This document shows, in pieces, positions 41,790 through 54,238 of a DNA stretch of 64,000 nt (positions are counted from its first letter, which is position 1; the number at the start of each line of letters is the position of its first letter). This DNA comes from Alphaproteobacteria bacterium (GTDB taxonomy: Bacteria > Pseudomonadota > Alphaproteobacteria > GCA-2731375), in contig CBDDPY010000002.1 in NCBI GenBank assembly GCA_965232515.1, positions 192,001-256,000 on the forward strand, written 5' to 3'. The translations under genes and the position numbers were made by a program. Under the pieces are notes generated by a model that worked only from the letters and a program-made list of their open reading frames with translations, was not told where the DNA came from and ran no database searches.

Positions 41790-41805
41790 TGGCACGCTCC
41801 TTGAA
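41790..41805 (+). promoter_or_regulatory. Putative sigma54 (-24/-12) promoter of the peptide ABC operon
   Basis: TGGCACG-CTCC-TTGAA: perfect -24 element, -12 has GA instead of GC; 52 nt before ATG. Confidence 0.45.
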
Positions 41806-41857
41806 CACGACCGGGCAAGATTCAAAACAAATCCGCCACCAACAGGGGAGCGATCCA

Positions 41858-43456
41858 ATGAAATCGCGACGTACGAGTTTGAAGAGCACGCTGAGCGCCC
41901 TGGCGCTTGCCGCGCCCCTGGCGCTTGTCGCCATGGGCAACGACGCCAGCGCCGAGAAGGTGCTGCGCGTGGCGCCGCATGCGGATCTCAAGAACCTCGA
42001 TCCGATCTGGACCACAGCCTACATCACCCGCAACCATGGCTATCTCGTTTACGATACCCTGATCGCGCTTGACGAGAAGCTGCAGCCGCAGCCGCAGATG
42101 CTGGAGAAGTGGGAGGTCAGCGACGACGGCCTCAAATACACCTTCACGCTGCGCGACGGCCTGCGCTGGCACGACGGCTCCCCTGTCGTGGGTGAGGACG
42201 CGGTCGCCTCGATCAAGCGCTGGGGCAAGCGCGACGGCATGGGCCAGAAGCTCATGGACTTCACCGACTCGCTGGAAGCCACGAGCGAGAAGGTCTTTGT
42301 CCTGACCCTGAAGGAGCCCTATGGCCTGGTGCTGGATTCGATCGGCAAGATCTCGTCCAACACGCCCTTCATGATGAAGAAGGAAATGGCCGAGACCGAC
42401 GCGTTCGAACAGGTGCCGGAAGTCATCGGCTCGGGCCCGTTCATCTTCGACAAGGACGCCTGGGTACCGGGCAGCAAGGTCGTCTACCGTAAGAACGAGG
42501 CCTATGTACCGCGCGACGAGCCGGCCAGCTATGCCGCCGGCGGCAAGGTCGTGAATGTCGACACCGTGGAGTGGATCTATATCCCAGATCCGGCCACGAC
42601 GATGAACGCGCTGGTCGCCGGCGAGATCGACTTCTGGGAGACGCCTGCCGTCGACCTGATCCCGTCGATGGAAGGCGACGCCAACATCGCCATCGAGGTG
42701 ATCGATCCGCTCGGCACCCAGGGCTGGCTGCGTCCGAACCATCTGAACCCGCCGTTCGATAATCCAAAGGCGCGTCAGGCACTCCTGCACATGGTCAAGC
42801 AGGCCGACTATCTCCGAGCCATTGTCGGTGACGAGAAGTTCTGGCGCGAATGCGGGGCCTATTTCATGTGCGACACGCCGCTCGATACCGCGATCGGCGC
42901 CAACCCGCTGATGAAGCAGGACTTCGAGATGGCCAAGCAGCTGCTGAAGGAAGGCGGCTACAACGGCGAAACGTTGATCCTGATGCAGCCGACCGACATT
43001 CCGGTGCTCAGCGGCGCCTCGCTGGTAACGGCGCAGCTCTTGCGGCAGATTGGCGCCAAGGTCGAGGTCCAGGCCATGGACTGGAGCACGCTGACTTCGC
43101 GCCGGGCCGAGACCAAGCCGGTTTCCGAAGGTGGCTGGAACATCTTCCACACCTACGCGACCGGCGCCGACGCGTCGTCGCCGATCGCCAATATCGGCAT
43201 CTCCGGCGGCTGCGAGGAAAAGGCCTGGTTCGGCTGGCCCTGCGATCAGATGATCGAGGACCTGCGCGATCAGTACAGCCGTGAGGCGGATCCGGCGATG
43301 CAGAAGCAGATCGTCGAGAAGCTGCAGGCTCGGCTGTTCGAGATCGTGCCCTATGTGAACTACGGCCAGTGGTTCCAGCCGATCGCCTATCGCAAGAACC
43401 TGAGCGGTGTGCTGGTCTCGCCGGTGCCGTTCTTCTGGAATATCGAGGTCAACTGA
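41858..43456 (+). CDS. ABC substrate-binding protein, family 5 (Dpp/Opp)
   Basis: Signal peptide, LDPIWTTA, YTFTLRDGL.WHDG, GSGPF, PPFDN..ARQA. Confidence 0.93.
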   Translation: MKSRRTSLKSTLSALALAAPLALVAMGNDASAEKVLRVAPHADLKNLDPIWTTAYITRNHGYLVYDTLIALDEKLQPQPQMLEKWEVSDDGLKYTFTLRDGLRWHDGSPVVGEDAVASIKRWGKRDGMGQKLMDFTDSLEATSEKVFVLTLKEPYGLVLDSIGKISSNTPFMMKKEMAETDAFEQVPEVIGSGPFIFDKDAWVPGSKVVYRKNEAYVPRDEPASYAAGGKVVNVDTVEWIYIPDPATTMNALVAGEIDFWETPAVDLIPSMEGDANIAIEVIDPLGTQGWLRPNHLNPPFDNPKARQALLHMVKQADYLRAIVGDEKFWRECGAYFMCDTPLDTAIGANPLMKQDFEMAKQLLKEGGYNGETLILMQPTDIPVLSGASLVTAQLLRQIGAKVEVQAMDWSTLTSRRAETKPVSEGGWNIFHTYATGADASSPIANIGISGGCEEKAWFGWPCDQMIEDLRDQYSREADPAMQKQIVEKLQARLFEIVPYVNYGQWFQPIAYRKNLSGVLVSPVPFFWNIEVN

Positions 43457-43491
43457 TCCCGCGTCGTCACCGGGACAGGACTTAGGCTTCG

Positions 43492-44433
43492 ATGTATGCC
43501 TATATCGTAAGACGCATTTTGGCCACCATCCCCGTTATGGGGGTGGTGGCTATCTTTGTCTTTTTGCTGCTGCACCTGACGCCGGGCGATCCGGCGACGG
43601 TGATCGCGGGTGACTACGCGCGGCCCGAGGATATCGAGCGTATCCGTGCGCAGCTCGGCCTGAACGACCCGCTCTATATCCAATTCGGGAAGTGGCTGTG
43701 GCGCCTGTTCCAGGGCGACATGGGCATTTCCATTTTCTCCAACCTGCCGGTTACGCATTTGATCCAGCAGCGGCTGGAGCCGACCATCATGATGGCGCTG
43801 ACGACGATCGTGATTTCGGTCGCCGTGGCCGTGCCGCTGGGCGTGCTGGCTGCCTGGAGGCAGGGCACCTGGGTCGATCGCGCGGTGATGGTATTCGCGG
43901 TCTTGGGCTTTTCGGTGCCGATCTTCGTTGTCGCCTACGCCATGATCTGGGGTTTCTCGATCCAACTGAAATGGCTGCCCGTGCAGGGTTATACGTCGAT
44001 CAGCGAAGGCCTGATCCCGTTCCTGCGCAATATCATCATGCCCGCCGTGGCGCTCGGCATGGTCTATGTGGCGTTGATCGCCCGGATCACGCGGGCGAGC
44101 GTGATGGAGGTGCTGAACGAGGACTATATCCGCACCGCCCGCGCCAAGGGCCTGGCCTCGACCACGATCCTGATCCGCCACGCCCTGAAAAATGCCGCCG
44201 TGCCGATCGTCACCGTTATCGGCATCGGCATCGCGCTGTTGATCGGCGGCGTGGTCGTCACCGAAAGCGTGTTCAACATTCCCGGCCTCGGCCGGCTGAC
44301 GGTAGACGCTATCCTGCGACGCGACTATCCGATCATCCAGGGGCTGATTTTGATATTTTCCGGCGTCTACGTGCTGGTCAATCTGCTGATCGACATCTCG
44401 TACACGTTTCTTGATCCGCGCATCCGGTACTGA
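43492..44433 (+). CDS. Peptide ABC permease (DppB-like)
   Basis: PGDPA, YIRTARAKG, RDYP, DPRIRY. Confidence 0.94.
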   Translation: MYAYIVRRILATIPVMGVVAIFVFLLLHLTPGDPATVIAGDYARPEDIERIRAQLGLNDPLYIQFGKWLWRLFQGDMGISIFSNLPVTHLIQQRLEPTIMMALTTIVISVAVAVPLGVLAAWRQGTWVDRAVMVFAVLGFSVPIFVVAYAMIWGFSIQLKWLPVQGYTSISEGLIPFLRNIIMPAVALGMVYVALIARITRASVMEVLNEDYIRTARAKGLASTTILIRHALKNAAVPIVTVIGIGIALLIGGVVVTESVFNIPGLGRLTVDAILRRDYPIIQGLILIFSGVYVLVNLLIDISYTFLDPRIRY

Positions 44434-44451
44434 GGCGAAGAGGGGTCACGT

Positions 44452-45330
44452 ATGGTCGCCACACCGAGCGATGTTCCGCTCAGCGATGACAAGACGGCAT
44501 CGCAACGCGCCTGGGACTATACCCGCCGCCATCCGACGGTGGTGATTGGCCTCGGGCTGTTGCTGATGATGGTCGTCGTCACGCTGCTGGCGCCCGTGAT
44601 CGCGGCGGATCCGCTGTTCATGAATCCGATCGACCGCCTGCGGGCGCCGCAGGACGGCATGCTCTTCGGCACCGACATGTACGGCCGTGACATCTTCAGC
44701 CGTACGATCTACGGCTCCCGCATCTCGCTCACCGTCGGCATCAGCGTCGCGCTGCTCAGCACGGTCGTCGGCCTCGCGATCGGTCTGATCGCCGGCTACA
44801 ACAGGCCGTTCGACGCCATCGTCATGCGGATCATGGACGGCATCATGGCGATCCCCGCGATCCTGCTGGCAATCGCACTCGTCTCGCTCGCCGGCGCCAG
44901 CATCCAGAACGTCATCATCGCCATCTCGATCCCCGAGATCCCGCGGGTCGTGCGGCTGGTGCGCAGCGTTGTGCTGACCATTCGCGAGCAGCCCTATGTC
45001 GAGGCCGCGATCTCCGTCGGCACCAATTTCTGGAAGGTCCTCTGGCGGCACATCCTGCCGAACACCACCGCGCCGCTGATCGTGCAGGCCACCTATGTCT
45101 GCGCGTCGGCGATGATTCTGGAGGCGATCCTCAGCTTCCTCGGCGCCGGCACGCCGCCCGAGATCCCGACCTGGGGCAACATCATCGCCGAGGGCCGGGT
45201 CTACTTCCAGCGCGCGCCCTGGATCATCTTCTTCCCCGGCCTGTTCTTGGCGATCACCGTCCTGGCCGTCAACATTCTGGGCGACGGCCTGCGGGATAAT
45301 CTCGACCCGCGCGTCGCCAGGCGGATGTAG
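44452..45330 (+). CDS. Peptide ABC permease (DppC-like)
   Basis: FGTDMYGRD, YVEAA, HILPN, GDGLRD.LDPR. Confidence 0.94.
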   Translation: MVATPSDVPLSDDKTASQRAWDYTRRHPTVVIGLGLLLMMVVVTLLAPVIAADPLFMNPIDRLRAPQDGMLFGTDMYGRDIFSRTIYGSRISLTVGISVALLSTVVGLAIGLIAGYNRPFDAIVMRIMDGIMAIPAILLAIALVSLAGASIQNVIIAISIPEIPRVVRLVRSVVLTIREQPYVEAAISVGTNFWKVLWRHILPNTTAPLIVQATYVCASAMILEAILSFLGAGTPPEIPTWGNIIAEGRVYFQRAPWIIFFPGLFLAITVLAVNILGDGLRDNLDPRVARRM

Positions 45331-45333
45331 GCC

Positions 45334-46381
<1,048 letters not shown>

Positions 46382-46389
<8 letters not shown>

Positions 46390-47446
46390 CATTGAGACAC
46401 GAACGCAGGACATGACCAAAGGCGAGGTCGTCCTCGAGGTCAAGGATCTGAAGAAGCATTTTCCGATCCACCGCGGCATCATTTCGCGCATCGCCGGCTA
46501 TGTCTTCGCCGTCGACGGCGTGTCGTTCAATATCCACAAGGGCGAGACGCTCGGGCTCGTCGGCGAGAGCGGTTGCGGCAAGTCGACCGTTGGCAAGACC
46601 GTGCTGCGCCTGCTGGAGCCGACCGACGGTGAGATCCGCCTGCGCGGTCAGGACGTCACCCATCTGACGGGCGAGGAGCTGCGCACGAAGCGGCGCGAGA
46701 TGCAGATGGTCTTCCAGGATCCATATTCGTCGCTGAATCCGCGCATGTCGTCCGGCGACATCGTCGGCGAGCCGATGGAGAACTATGGCCTCGCGACCGG
46801 CAAGGAAAAAGAGGAACGCGTCGCCGCCCTGTTCGAGCGCGTCGGTCTGCGCCGCGAGAACATGCTGAAGTATCCGCACGAGTTCTCCGGCGGCCAGCGG
46901 CAACGGCTCGGCATCGCGCGGGCGCTGGCCTTGAACCCGTCGTTGATCATCGCCGACGAGGCGGTCTCGGCGCTCGACGTCTCGGTCAAGGCCCAGGTCA
47001 TCAATCTGATGATGGACCTGCAACAGGAATTCGATCTCGGCTATCTCTTCATCTCGCACGACATCGCGGTGATCGAGCACATAAGCCACCGGGTCGCCGT
47101 CATGTATCTCGGCAAGATCGTCGAGGTAACCGACAAGGACACGATCTTCCGCACGCCGCTGCATCCCTATACGGAAGCGCTGCTGTCGGCCGTGCCGATC
47201 CCCGATCCGCAGATCAAGCGCGACCGCATCATCCTGCGCGGCGACGTGCCGAGCCCGATCAATCCGCCGAGCGGCTGTCATTTCCACACCCGCTGTCCCT
47301 ATGCAATCGACCGCTGCCGCGTCGAGGTGCCGCCCTTGACCGAGGTCGCCCCCGGCCACCACGTCGCCTGCCACCTGCGCGAGGTCGGCGCGGGCCCGGT
47401 GAAGCTAACGCCGACAAAGATCGATACGCCAGTCGCGGCTGAGTAG
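46382..47446 (+). CDS. Peptide ABC ATPase (DppF-like)
   Basis: [30 protein letters not shown]. Confidence 0.94.
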
Positions 47447-47502
47447 GGTTGCCGAAAGGGGAAGCGGCAGCGGAAAGCTAGCTGGCCTCGCCTCTTGTGC
47501 GC

Positions 47503-47572
47503 GTCATACCGGCGCAGGCCGGTATCAATGACTTCGGCCGTGCCGATGGACTCTGGCCTGCGCCAGAGTGAC
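47503..47572. repeat. REP-like double-hairpin palindromic element
   Basis: GTCATACCGGCGCAGGCCGGTATC...TGGACTCTGGCCTGCGCCAGAGTGAC: two inverted arms, each a hairpin, between convergent operons. Confidence 0.75.
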
Positions 47573-47595
47573 GAGATGGGCGGTCTTGGCTTGCC

Positions 47596-48540
47596 TCACC
47601 CCTGCGGCGGCGGCTCGGCGCCCTTGCGTTCGACGATCAGGCCGTAGTGTTGCGGCTCTCGGTGCATGGCGAAGTTGAACACCGTCTCCTTGTAGGACTT
47701 GCAGAGATCGAGGTCGCAGTCGGCGACGGCCAGCTCGTCGCCGAGCGTGTGGCACTGCGCGACGATCTCGCCCGACGGTGCGATGATGGCGCTCTGGCCG
47801 ATCATCGGCACACCTTCCTCGTTGCCGCACTTGGCGACGCCGACCACCCAGGTGGCGTTCTGATAGGCGCCAGACTGCATCACCAGATGATTGTGGAACG
47901 GGCCGACGGCGTCATGCTCGGGCGCCGGCGGGTTCTCGACCGGCGTGTTGTAGCCGAGCGTGATCATCTCCACCCCCTGCAGGCCCATCACGCGATATGT
48001 CTCGGGCCAGCGCCGGTCGTTGCAGATGCACATGCCCATGATGCCGCCGAAGGCGCGGAACACCGGGAAGCCCAGATCGCCGGTCTCGAAATAGCGCTTC
48101 TCCAGATGCTGGAAGCGCCGCCAGGGCTCGTGCTCGGCGTGGCCGGGCAGGTGCACCTTGCGGTACTTGCCGACGATACGGCCGTCCTTCTCGACCAGGA
48201 TTGACGTGTTGAAATGATGCTTCTTGCCGTCGTCGTCATGCGCGATCTCGGCATAGCCGAAGCTGAAACCGATGCCGTATTCGGCCGCCTTCTGGAACAG
48301 CGGCTGGGTCTCGTTCGATGGCATCTCCTGCTCGAACCACTGATCGAGCTCGGTCTCGTCCTCGATGAACCAGCGCGGAAAAAACGTCGTCAGCGTCAGC
48401 TCCGGATAGACCACGAAATCGCAGCCACGCCGGTGCGCGCTGTCCATGAGGGCGATCATGCGGTCGACCACCTGGCTGCGGCTTTCGTCCTTGGCGATCG
48501 GCCCCATCTGCGCGGCGCCGACGGTGATCACTCGGGTCAT
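47596..48540 (-). CDS. N-carbamoyl-D-amino acid amidohydrolase (nitrilase superfamily)
   Basis: E-K-C triad: YPELTLTTFFPRW, YRKVHLPGH, QHLEKRYF, ICNDRRWPE. Confidence 0.92.
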   Translation of the reverse strand: MTRVITVGAAQMGPIAKDESRSQVVDRMIALMDSAHRRGCDFVVYPELTLTTFFPRWFIEDETELDQWFEQEMPSNETQPLFQKAAEYGIGFSFGYAEIAHDDDGKKHHFNTSILVEKDGRIVGKYRKVHLPGHAEHEPWRRFQHLEKRYFETGDLGFPVFRAFGGIMGMCICNDRRWPETYRVMGLQGVEMITLGYNTPVENPPAPEHDAVGPFHNHLVMQSGAYQNATWVVGVAKCGNEEGVPMIGQSAIIAPSGEIVAQCHTLGDELAVADCDLDLCKSYKETVFNFAMHREPQHYGLIVERKGAEPPPQG

Positions 48541-48563
48541 GACAGGCTCCTTTCGATGGCTTC

Positions 48564-49799
48564 TTATGCGTGTGCGAGCTTCAACATGGTCTGCAGTAGA
48601 ACATTGGCGCCGGCGGCTAGGTCACTTGGTTCGGTGTGCTCCGCCGGATTGTGGCTGATGCCGCCGACGCTGGGCGTGAAGATCATCGCCGTCGGACAGA
48701 GCCGGGCCATCATCTGGGCGTCGTGCCCGGCGCCCGAGGTCATCCGTCGGGTTGAGTGTCCGAGGGCTCGCGCGACGTCTGTGATGGTGTCGGCGATGCC
48801 GGCGTCGAACGTCACCGGCTCGAACCGGGCAAGCGAACGGGTGGAGATGGCGACCCCCTCGCGTTCGGCGAGCTCATTCAGGAATTCGGCGAAACGCCGT
48901 TCCGCTTCCTGAAGCTTCGCTTCGTCCGTATTGCGTAGATCGACCGTCACCGTGGCCGACGCGGCGATCACGTTGATCAGGTTCGGATGCAGGTCGATGG
49001 CGCCAACCGTTCCGACCTGATCGCCGCCCATTCCGGCCGCCAGCTCGCGCACGAACTGGCCAATCGCCGCGGCGCAATAGCCGGCATCGTGGCGCAGCCG
49101 CATGGGCGTGGTACCGGCATGGTTCGACTCGCCCTCGATCCGCACCTCCTGCCAGGAAATGCCCTGCAGGTTCTCGACCGCGCCGATGGTGATGCCCTCG
49201 GCCTCCAGGATCGGCCCCTGCTCGATATGCAATTCGACGAAGGCATGCGGCCGGACGTGGCCGGGCGCCAGATCGCCGGCATAGCCGATGCGCCTGAGCT
49301 CGTCGCCAACCGTGGCGCCGTCGATGCCCGTGGTCGCCAGCGCCGTGTCCAGATCGAGCCCGCCGGCATAGACCAGCGAGCCCATCATGTCGGGCGCGAA
49401 GCGGGCGCCTTCCTCATTCGTGAACACGGCGACGGCGATCGGCCGCTCGGTCTCGATGCCGGCCGCGTTCAGTACTTCGACGACCTCCAGGCCGGCCAAC
49501 ACGCCGAGATTGCCGTCGTAACGGCCGCCCGTGCGCACGGTGTCGATATGCGAGCCCGTCATCACCGGCGTTGCGCCGTTTTTGCCGGCGCGCAAACCGA
49601 CAATGTTGCCGATAGCGTCGATGCTCACATCGAGGCCCAGCTCCCGCATCCAGCCGACGACCAGATCGCGCCCACGCTTGTCGTCATCGCTCAGGGCCAG
49701 CCGGCAACAGCCGCCGCCGTCGATGGCGCCAATCTCGGCCAGACGATCAAGACGGCCGAGCAGCCGGTCGATATCGATGGCGAGGTTGTGGCCGGGCAT
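48564..49799 (-). CDS. Zn-dependent N-carbamoyl-L-amino acid / beta-ureidopropionase-like hydrolase (M20)
   Basis: GSHIDT..GGRYDG, NEEGARF, ELHIEQGP, NHAGTTPM, SGAGHDA, GISHN. Confidence 0.92.
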   Translation of the reverse strand: MPGHNLAIDIDRLLGRLDRLAEIGAIDGGGCCRLALSDDDKRGRDLVVGWMRELGLDVSIDAIGNIVGLRAGKNGATPVMTGSHIDTVRTGGRYDGNLGVLAGLEVVEVLNAAGIETERPIAVAVFTNEEGARFAPDMMGSLVYAGGLDLDTALATTGIDGATVGDELRRIGYAGDLAPGHVRPHAFVELHIEQGPILEAEGITIGAVENLQGISWQEVRIEGESNHAGTTPMRLRHDAGYCAAAIGQFVRELAAGMGGDQVGTVGAIDLHPNLINVIAASATVTVDLRNTDEAKLQEAERRFAEFLNELAEREGVAISTRSLARFEPVTFDAGIADTITDVARALGHSTRRMTSGAGHDAQMMARLCPTAMIFTPSVGGISHNPAEHTEPSDLAAGANVLLQTMLKLAHA

Positions 49800-50974
49800 C
49801 AGGCCGCCCGCACCGCATCGGCCGGGCGGCCGACGATTTCCCGGTAAAGCTCGGGATCGGTGTCGGCCTCGCTACCGAACAGAAGCACGACCGAGTTGGC
49901 GTCGACCCCGATCTCTTGCGGCGCCGCCAGCAGCCCGGCGAGGCCGGCGACCGCCGACTCGCCGGCGACGACCGCCGGATCGCCGTCTGCCAGCAGCCGC
50001 ATGCAGTCGATCGCCGCGCTGTCCGGCACGGTCATGAAGGCATCGGTGCCGGTCGCCAAGATCTCCCAGGCCAGCGGCGAGACCTCGCCGCACGACAGGC
50101 CTGCCATCATGGTTTCGAGATCGCCGGACGCCGGCGTCAGCTGGCCGGCTCGGGCGCTTTGGTAGAGACAATCGGCCCGTTCCGGCTCGACGACGATGAA
50201 TTTCGGCCGCGACGCGCCCCAGCGTTGCCACGAGTCGGAGCAGATGGCGGCCGCCATGCCGCCGACGCCGCCCTGCACCAGGACATGCGTCGGCACGACG
50301 CCGTCGGGCAGCTGTTCCGCCGCTTCCGCCGCCATCACGGTATAGCCCTGCATGACGTCGCGGGGCACGTCCATGTAGCCGGGATAGGACGTGTCGGAGA
50401 CCACAAACCAGCCGTTCGCGGCGGCCATCTCGGCGGCGTGCCGGACTGAATCGTCGTAGGTGCCGTCAACCCGCTCGACCTCGGCGCCGTAGTGGGCGAT
50501 GGCCGCGCGCCGGCCCTCGCTGACATGGGCGTGGATGTAGATCACGCAGCGACAGCCGAAGGTCTGCGCGCCCCAGGCGACCGAGCGACCGTGGTTGCCG
50601 TCCGTCGCGCAAGTGACGGTGATGCCGGCCACGATCTCGCGATAGGCGCCGCCGGCAATGTCCCGCGAGGTGACGCCCGTGTCGCCGGTCCGACGTTCGA
50701 TCTCGGTCTTCAGCAGGCGGAACACGGCATAGGCGCCGCCCAGGGCCTTGAAGCTCTTCAGGCCGAAGCGGCCGCCTTCGTCCTTGTAGAACAACCGCCC
50801 CACGCCTGCCCGCCGGGCCAGCCCCGGCAGCTCGACCAATGGCGTCGGCGCATAGCCGTCCCACGAGCCGATCTCGGCGCGCGCGGCGGCAAGGCCTGCG
50901 TCATTCAGAACAGCCTGTTGGGCCGGCCCATAGACGTTGTCCGGCCCGGCCTTCGGATTCGCGAAATACTGCAT
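49799..50974 (-). CDS. dpaL: Diaminopropionate ammonia-lyase
   Basis: RFGLKSFKALGG, CATDGNHGR, YDDSVR, SDTS, VMQGY, TMMAGLSCGE. Confidence 0.92.
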   Translation of the reverse strand: MQYFANPKAGPDNVYGPAQQAVLNDAGLAAARAEIGSWDGYAPTPLVELPGLARRAGVGRLFYKDEGGRFGLKSFKALGGAYAVFRLLKTEIERRTGDTGVTSRDIAGGAYREIVAGITVTCATDGNHGRSVAWGAQTFGCRCVIYIHAHVSEGRRAAIAHYGAEVERVDGTYDDSVRHAAEMAAANGWFVVSDTSYPGYMDVPRDVMQGYTVMAAEAAEQLPDGVVPTHVLVQGGVGGMAAAICSDSWQRWGASRPKFIVVEPERADCLYQSARAGQLTPASGDLETMMAGLSCGEVSPLAWEILATGTDAFMTVPDSAAIDCMRLLADGDPAVVAGESAVAGLAGLLAAPQEIGVDANSVVLLFGSEADTDPELYREIVGRPADAVRAA

Positions 50975-51051
50975 CGACCCGTCCCAATTCCACGGGCCAA
51001 CTATACGGCCTTGCGCGTGGCAACCGAAGCGGATCGGGGAAGGGGCCCAAG

Positions 51052-51085
51052 AAAAACCGCCCGCCGGATGGCTCCGACGGGCGGT
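51052..51085 (-). terminator. Rho-independent terminator after aceA and the small ORF
   Basis: CCGCCCGCCGGA-TGGC-TCCGACGGGCGG hairpin with A5 (U-tract on minus strand). Confidence 0.7.
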
Positions 51086-51113
51086 CGCTTGATGGCGTCA
51101 ATTGGTGTTCGTG

Positions 51114-51308
51114 TTAGCGCGCCGTTTCTTCGGCGATGGTGAAGCGCGCGTGGCAGTTGCTGCGGGTTTCGTCCGCCATCCGTTGCCAGACCTGCAGCGC
51201 GCGCTGCCGGTCGCCGAACGGTCCCATCACCCGTTCCGTGCCCTCAACCATGCGGTCGAATGCGGTGTCGGTGTATTCGCCCCCGATGACCCAATACTTG
51301 CTACGCAT
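51114..51308 (-). CDS. Small conserved protein (DUF4170-like)
   Basis: YWVIGGEY.DT.F...GPF...A...W; GGAGA RBS; directly downstream of aceA. Confidence 0.75.
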   Translation of the reverse strand: MRSKYWVIGGEYTDTAFDRMVEGTERVMGPFGDRQRALQVWQRMADETRSNCHARFTIAEETAR

Positions 51309-51333
51309 CTCGTGGTCTCCTTCGTCTGAACTG

Positions 51334-52644
<1,311 letters not shown>

Positions 52645-52765
52645 GGCCTTCATACGCCTCCAGAAAGCGGGTAAATCTGGAATGACCATATTTGACGATT
52701 TCGCAATCTGTCTATAACCTATTGAAAGTAAAAAGGTCATAGAGTAACGATTGAGAAAAATCGAA

Positions 52766-52790
52766 CTGTGAAGTTGTAAATATTGTAAAA
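52766..52790. promoter_or_regulatory. TTGTAAA tandem repeats, possible ScfR/RamB operator
   Basis: TTGTAAAT-A-TTGTAAAA in the AT-rich divergent aceA/regulator gap; resembles TTTGCAAA-type sites of this regulator family. Confidence 0.4.
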
Positions 52791-52804
52791 ATCGGAGTTC
52801 GAAA

Positions 52805-54238
52805 ATGGCGGAAAAGAAGGCGCTTCTGGGCCACAAGGTGCGCCGGTTTCGTCAGGACCAGGGCTTGAACCAGACCGAGATGGCCGAGCAGATGGGCATC
52901 TCGCCGAGCTATCTGAACCTGATCGAGCACAATCAACGGCCGGTCACTGTTCCACTTTTGTTCCGTCTGTCGCAGGCCTTCGAAGTCGATCTCCGCGATT
53001 TCGCCGAGGACGAGGAGGCGCGTCTCGCCGCCGGCCTCAAGGAAGTCTTCAGCGACCCGTTGTTCGAGGGCCAGAATCCGGGTCAGCACGAGATCCGCGA
53101 GTTGGCCGCGGCCAGTCCCGCCGCCGCGCAGGCCGTATTGGCCCTTTACGATGCGTATCGCGGCTTGTGGGAAGACGCCCAGGCGGTCGCCCATCGCATG
53201 ACGGATCGCGACAAGGTGGGGCCATTGGAGGCGCCGGGCTCGCCGGTCGAGGACGTGCGCGAGTTCCAACAAGCCCGATCCAATCATTTCCCCGAGCTCG
53301 AGAGCGCGGCCGAGATGCTGTGGGAGGATGCCGGCCTCGACGGCGACGATCTGATGCGTGGCTTGGCCGCGCATCTGGCCGACACGCACTCGGTCTCGGT
53401 CAAGGTCATGCCGGTCGACGTCATGGCCGACACGATGCGCCGCTACGATCATCACCGCCGGCGGATCATGCTGTCCGAAACGCTGCCGCCCTCGGGCCGC
53501 GTATTCCAGCTCGCCGCCCAGATCGCGCTCATGGGCCAGCGTGAACTGCTCGACGGTATCGTCGCCAAATCAGAGCTTCAGGGCGACGCCCAGCGGCTGC
53601 TGCGGGTCGGCCTCGCCAGCTATTTCGCCGGCGCGGTGATGATGCCCTACGAGCGCTTCCTCGCCGCCGCGCGCGAGCATCGCTACGACCTCGACCTGCT
53701 GCAGCATCGCTTCGGCGCCAGCTTCGAGCAGGTCTGCCACCGACTCAGCACGCTGCAACGCTCCGGCGCGCGCGGCGTGCCGTTCTTCTTCATCCGGGTC
53801 GATAATGCCGGCAACGTCTCGAAACGTTTGAGCGGCGGCGGCTTCAACTTCGCCCGCTTCGGCGGCACCTGTCCGCGCTGGATCGTGCACGACGCCTTCC
53901 GGCTGCCGGGCGTGATCCACACCCAGGTCGCCGAGATGCCGGACGGCACCAGCTTCTTCACCATCGCCCGCACCGTCGATCCGCTGGGCGGCTGGCGGCG
54001 CGAGCATCAGCCGCAATTCGCCATCGCGCTGGGCTGTGAGATCAAGGAAGCGCGGCATCTCGTCTATGCCGACGGCCTGAACCTCAAGAACAGCGAGCTG
54101 GCGACGCCGATCGGCGTCAGCTGCCGGGTCTGCGAGCGTCTGGATTGCAGCCAGCGCGCCCATCCGCCGCTGAACCATCGGCTGCGCATCGACGAAAACA
54201 TTCGCCGCGCCACGCCCTTCACCTTCGCGCCGAATTAG
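52805..54238 (+). CDS. ScfR/RamB/PrpR-family short-chain fatty acyl-CoA regulator
   Basis: XRE HTH ([15 protein letters not shown]), [34 protein letters not shown]. Confidence 0.93.
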   Translation: MAEKKALLGHKVRRFRQDQGLNQTEMAEQMGISPSYLNLIEHNQRPVTVPLLFRLSQAFEVDLRDFAEDEEARLAAGLKEVFSDPLFEGQNPGQHEIRELAAASPAAAQAVLALYDAYRGLWEDAQAVAHRMTDRDKVGPLEAPGSPVEDVREFQQARSNHFPELESAAEMLWEDAGLDGDDLMRGLAAHLADTHSVSVKVMPVDVMADTMRRYDHHRRRIMLSETLPPSGRVFQLAAQIALMGQRELLDGIVAKSELQGDAQRLLRVGLASYFAGAVMMPYERFLAAAREHRYDLDLLQHRFGASFEQVCHRLSTLQRSGARGVPFFFIRVDNAGNVSKRLSGGGFNFARFGGTCPRWIVHDAFRLPGVIHTQVAEMPDGTSFFTIARTVDPLGGWRREHQPQFAIALGCEIKEARHLVYADGLNLKNSELATPIGVSCRVCERLDCSQRAHPPLNHRLRIDENIRRATPFTFAPN

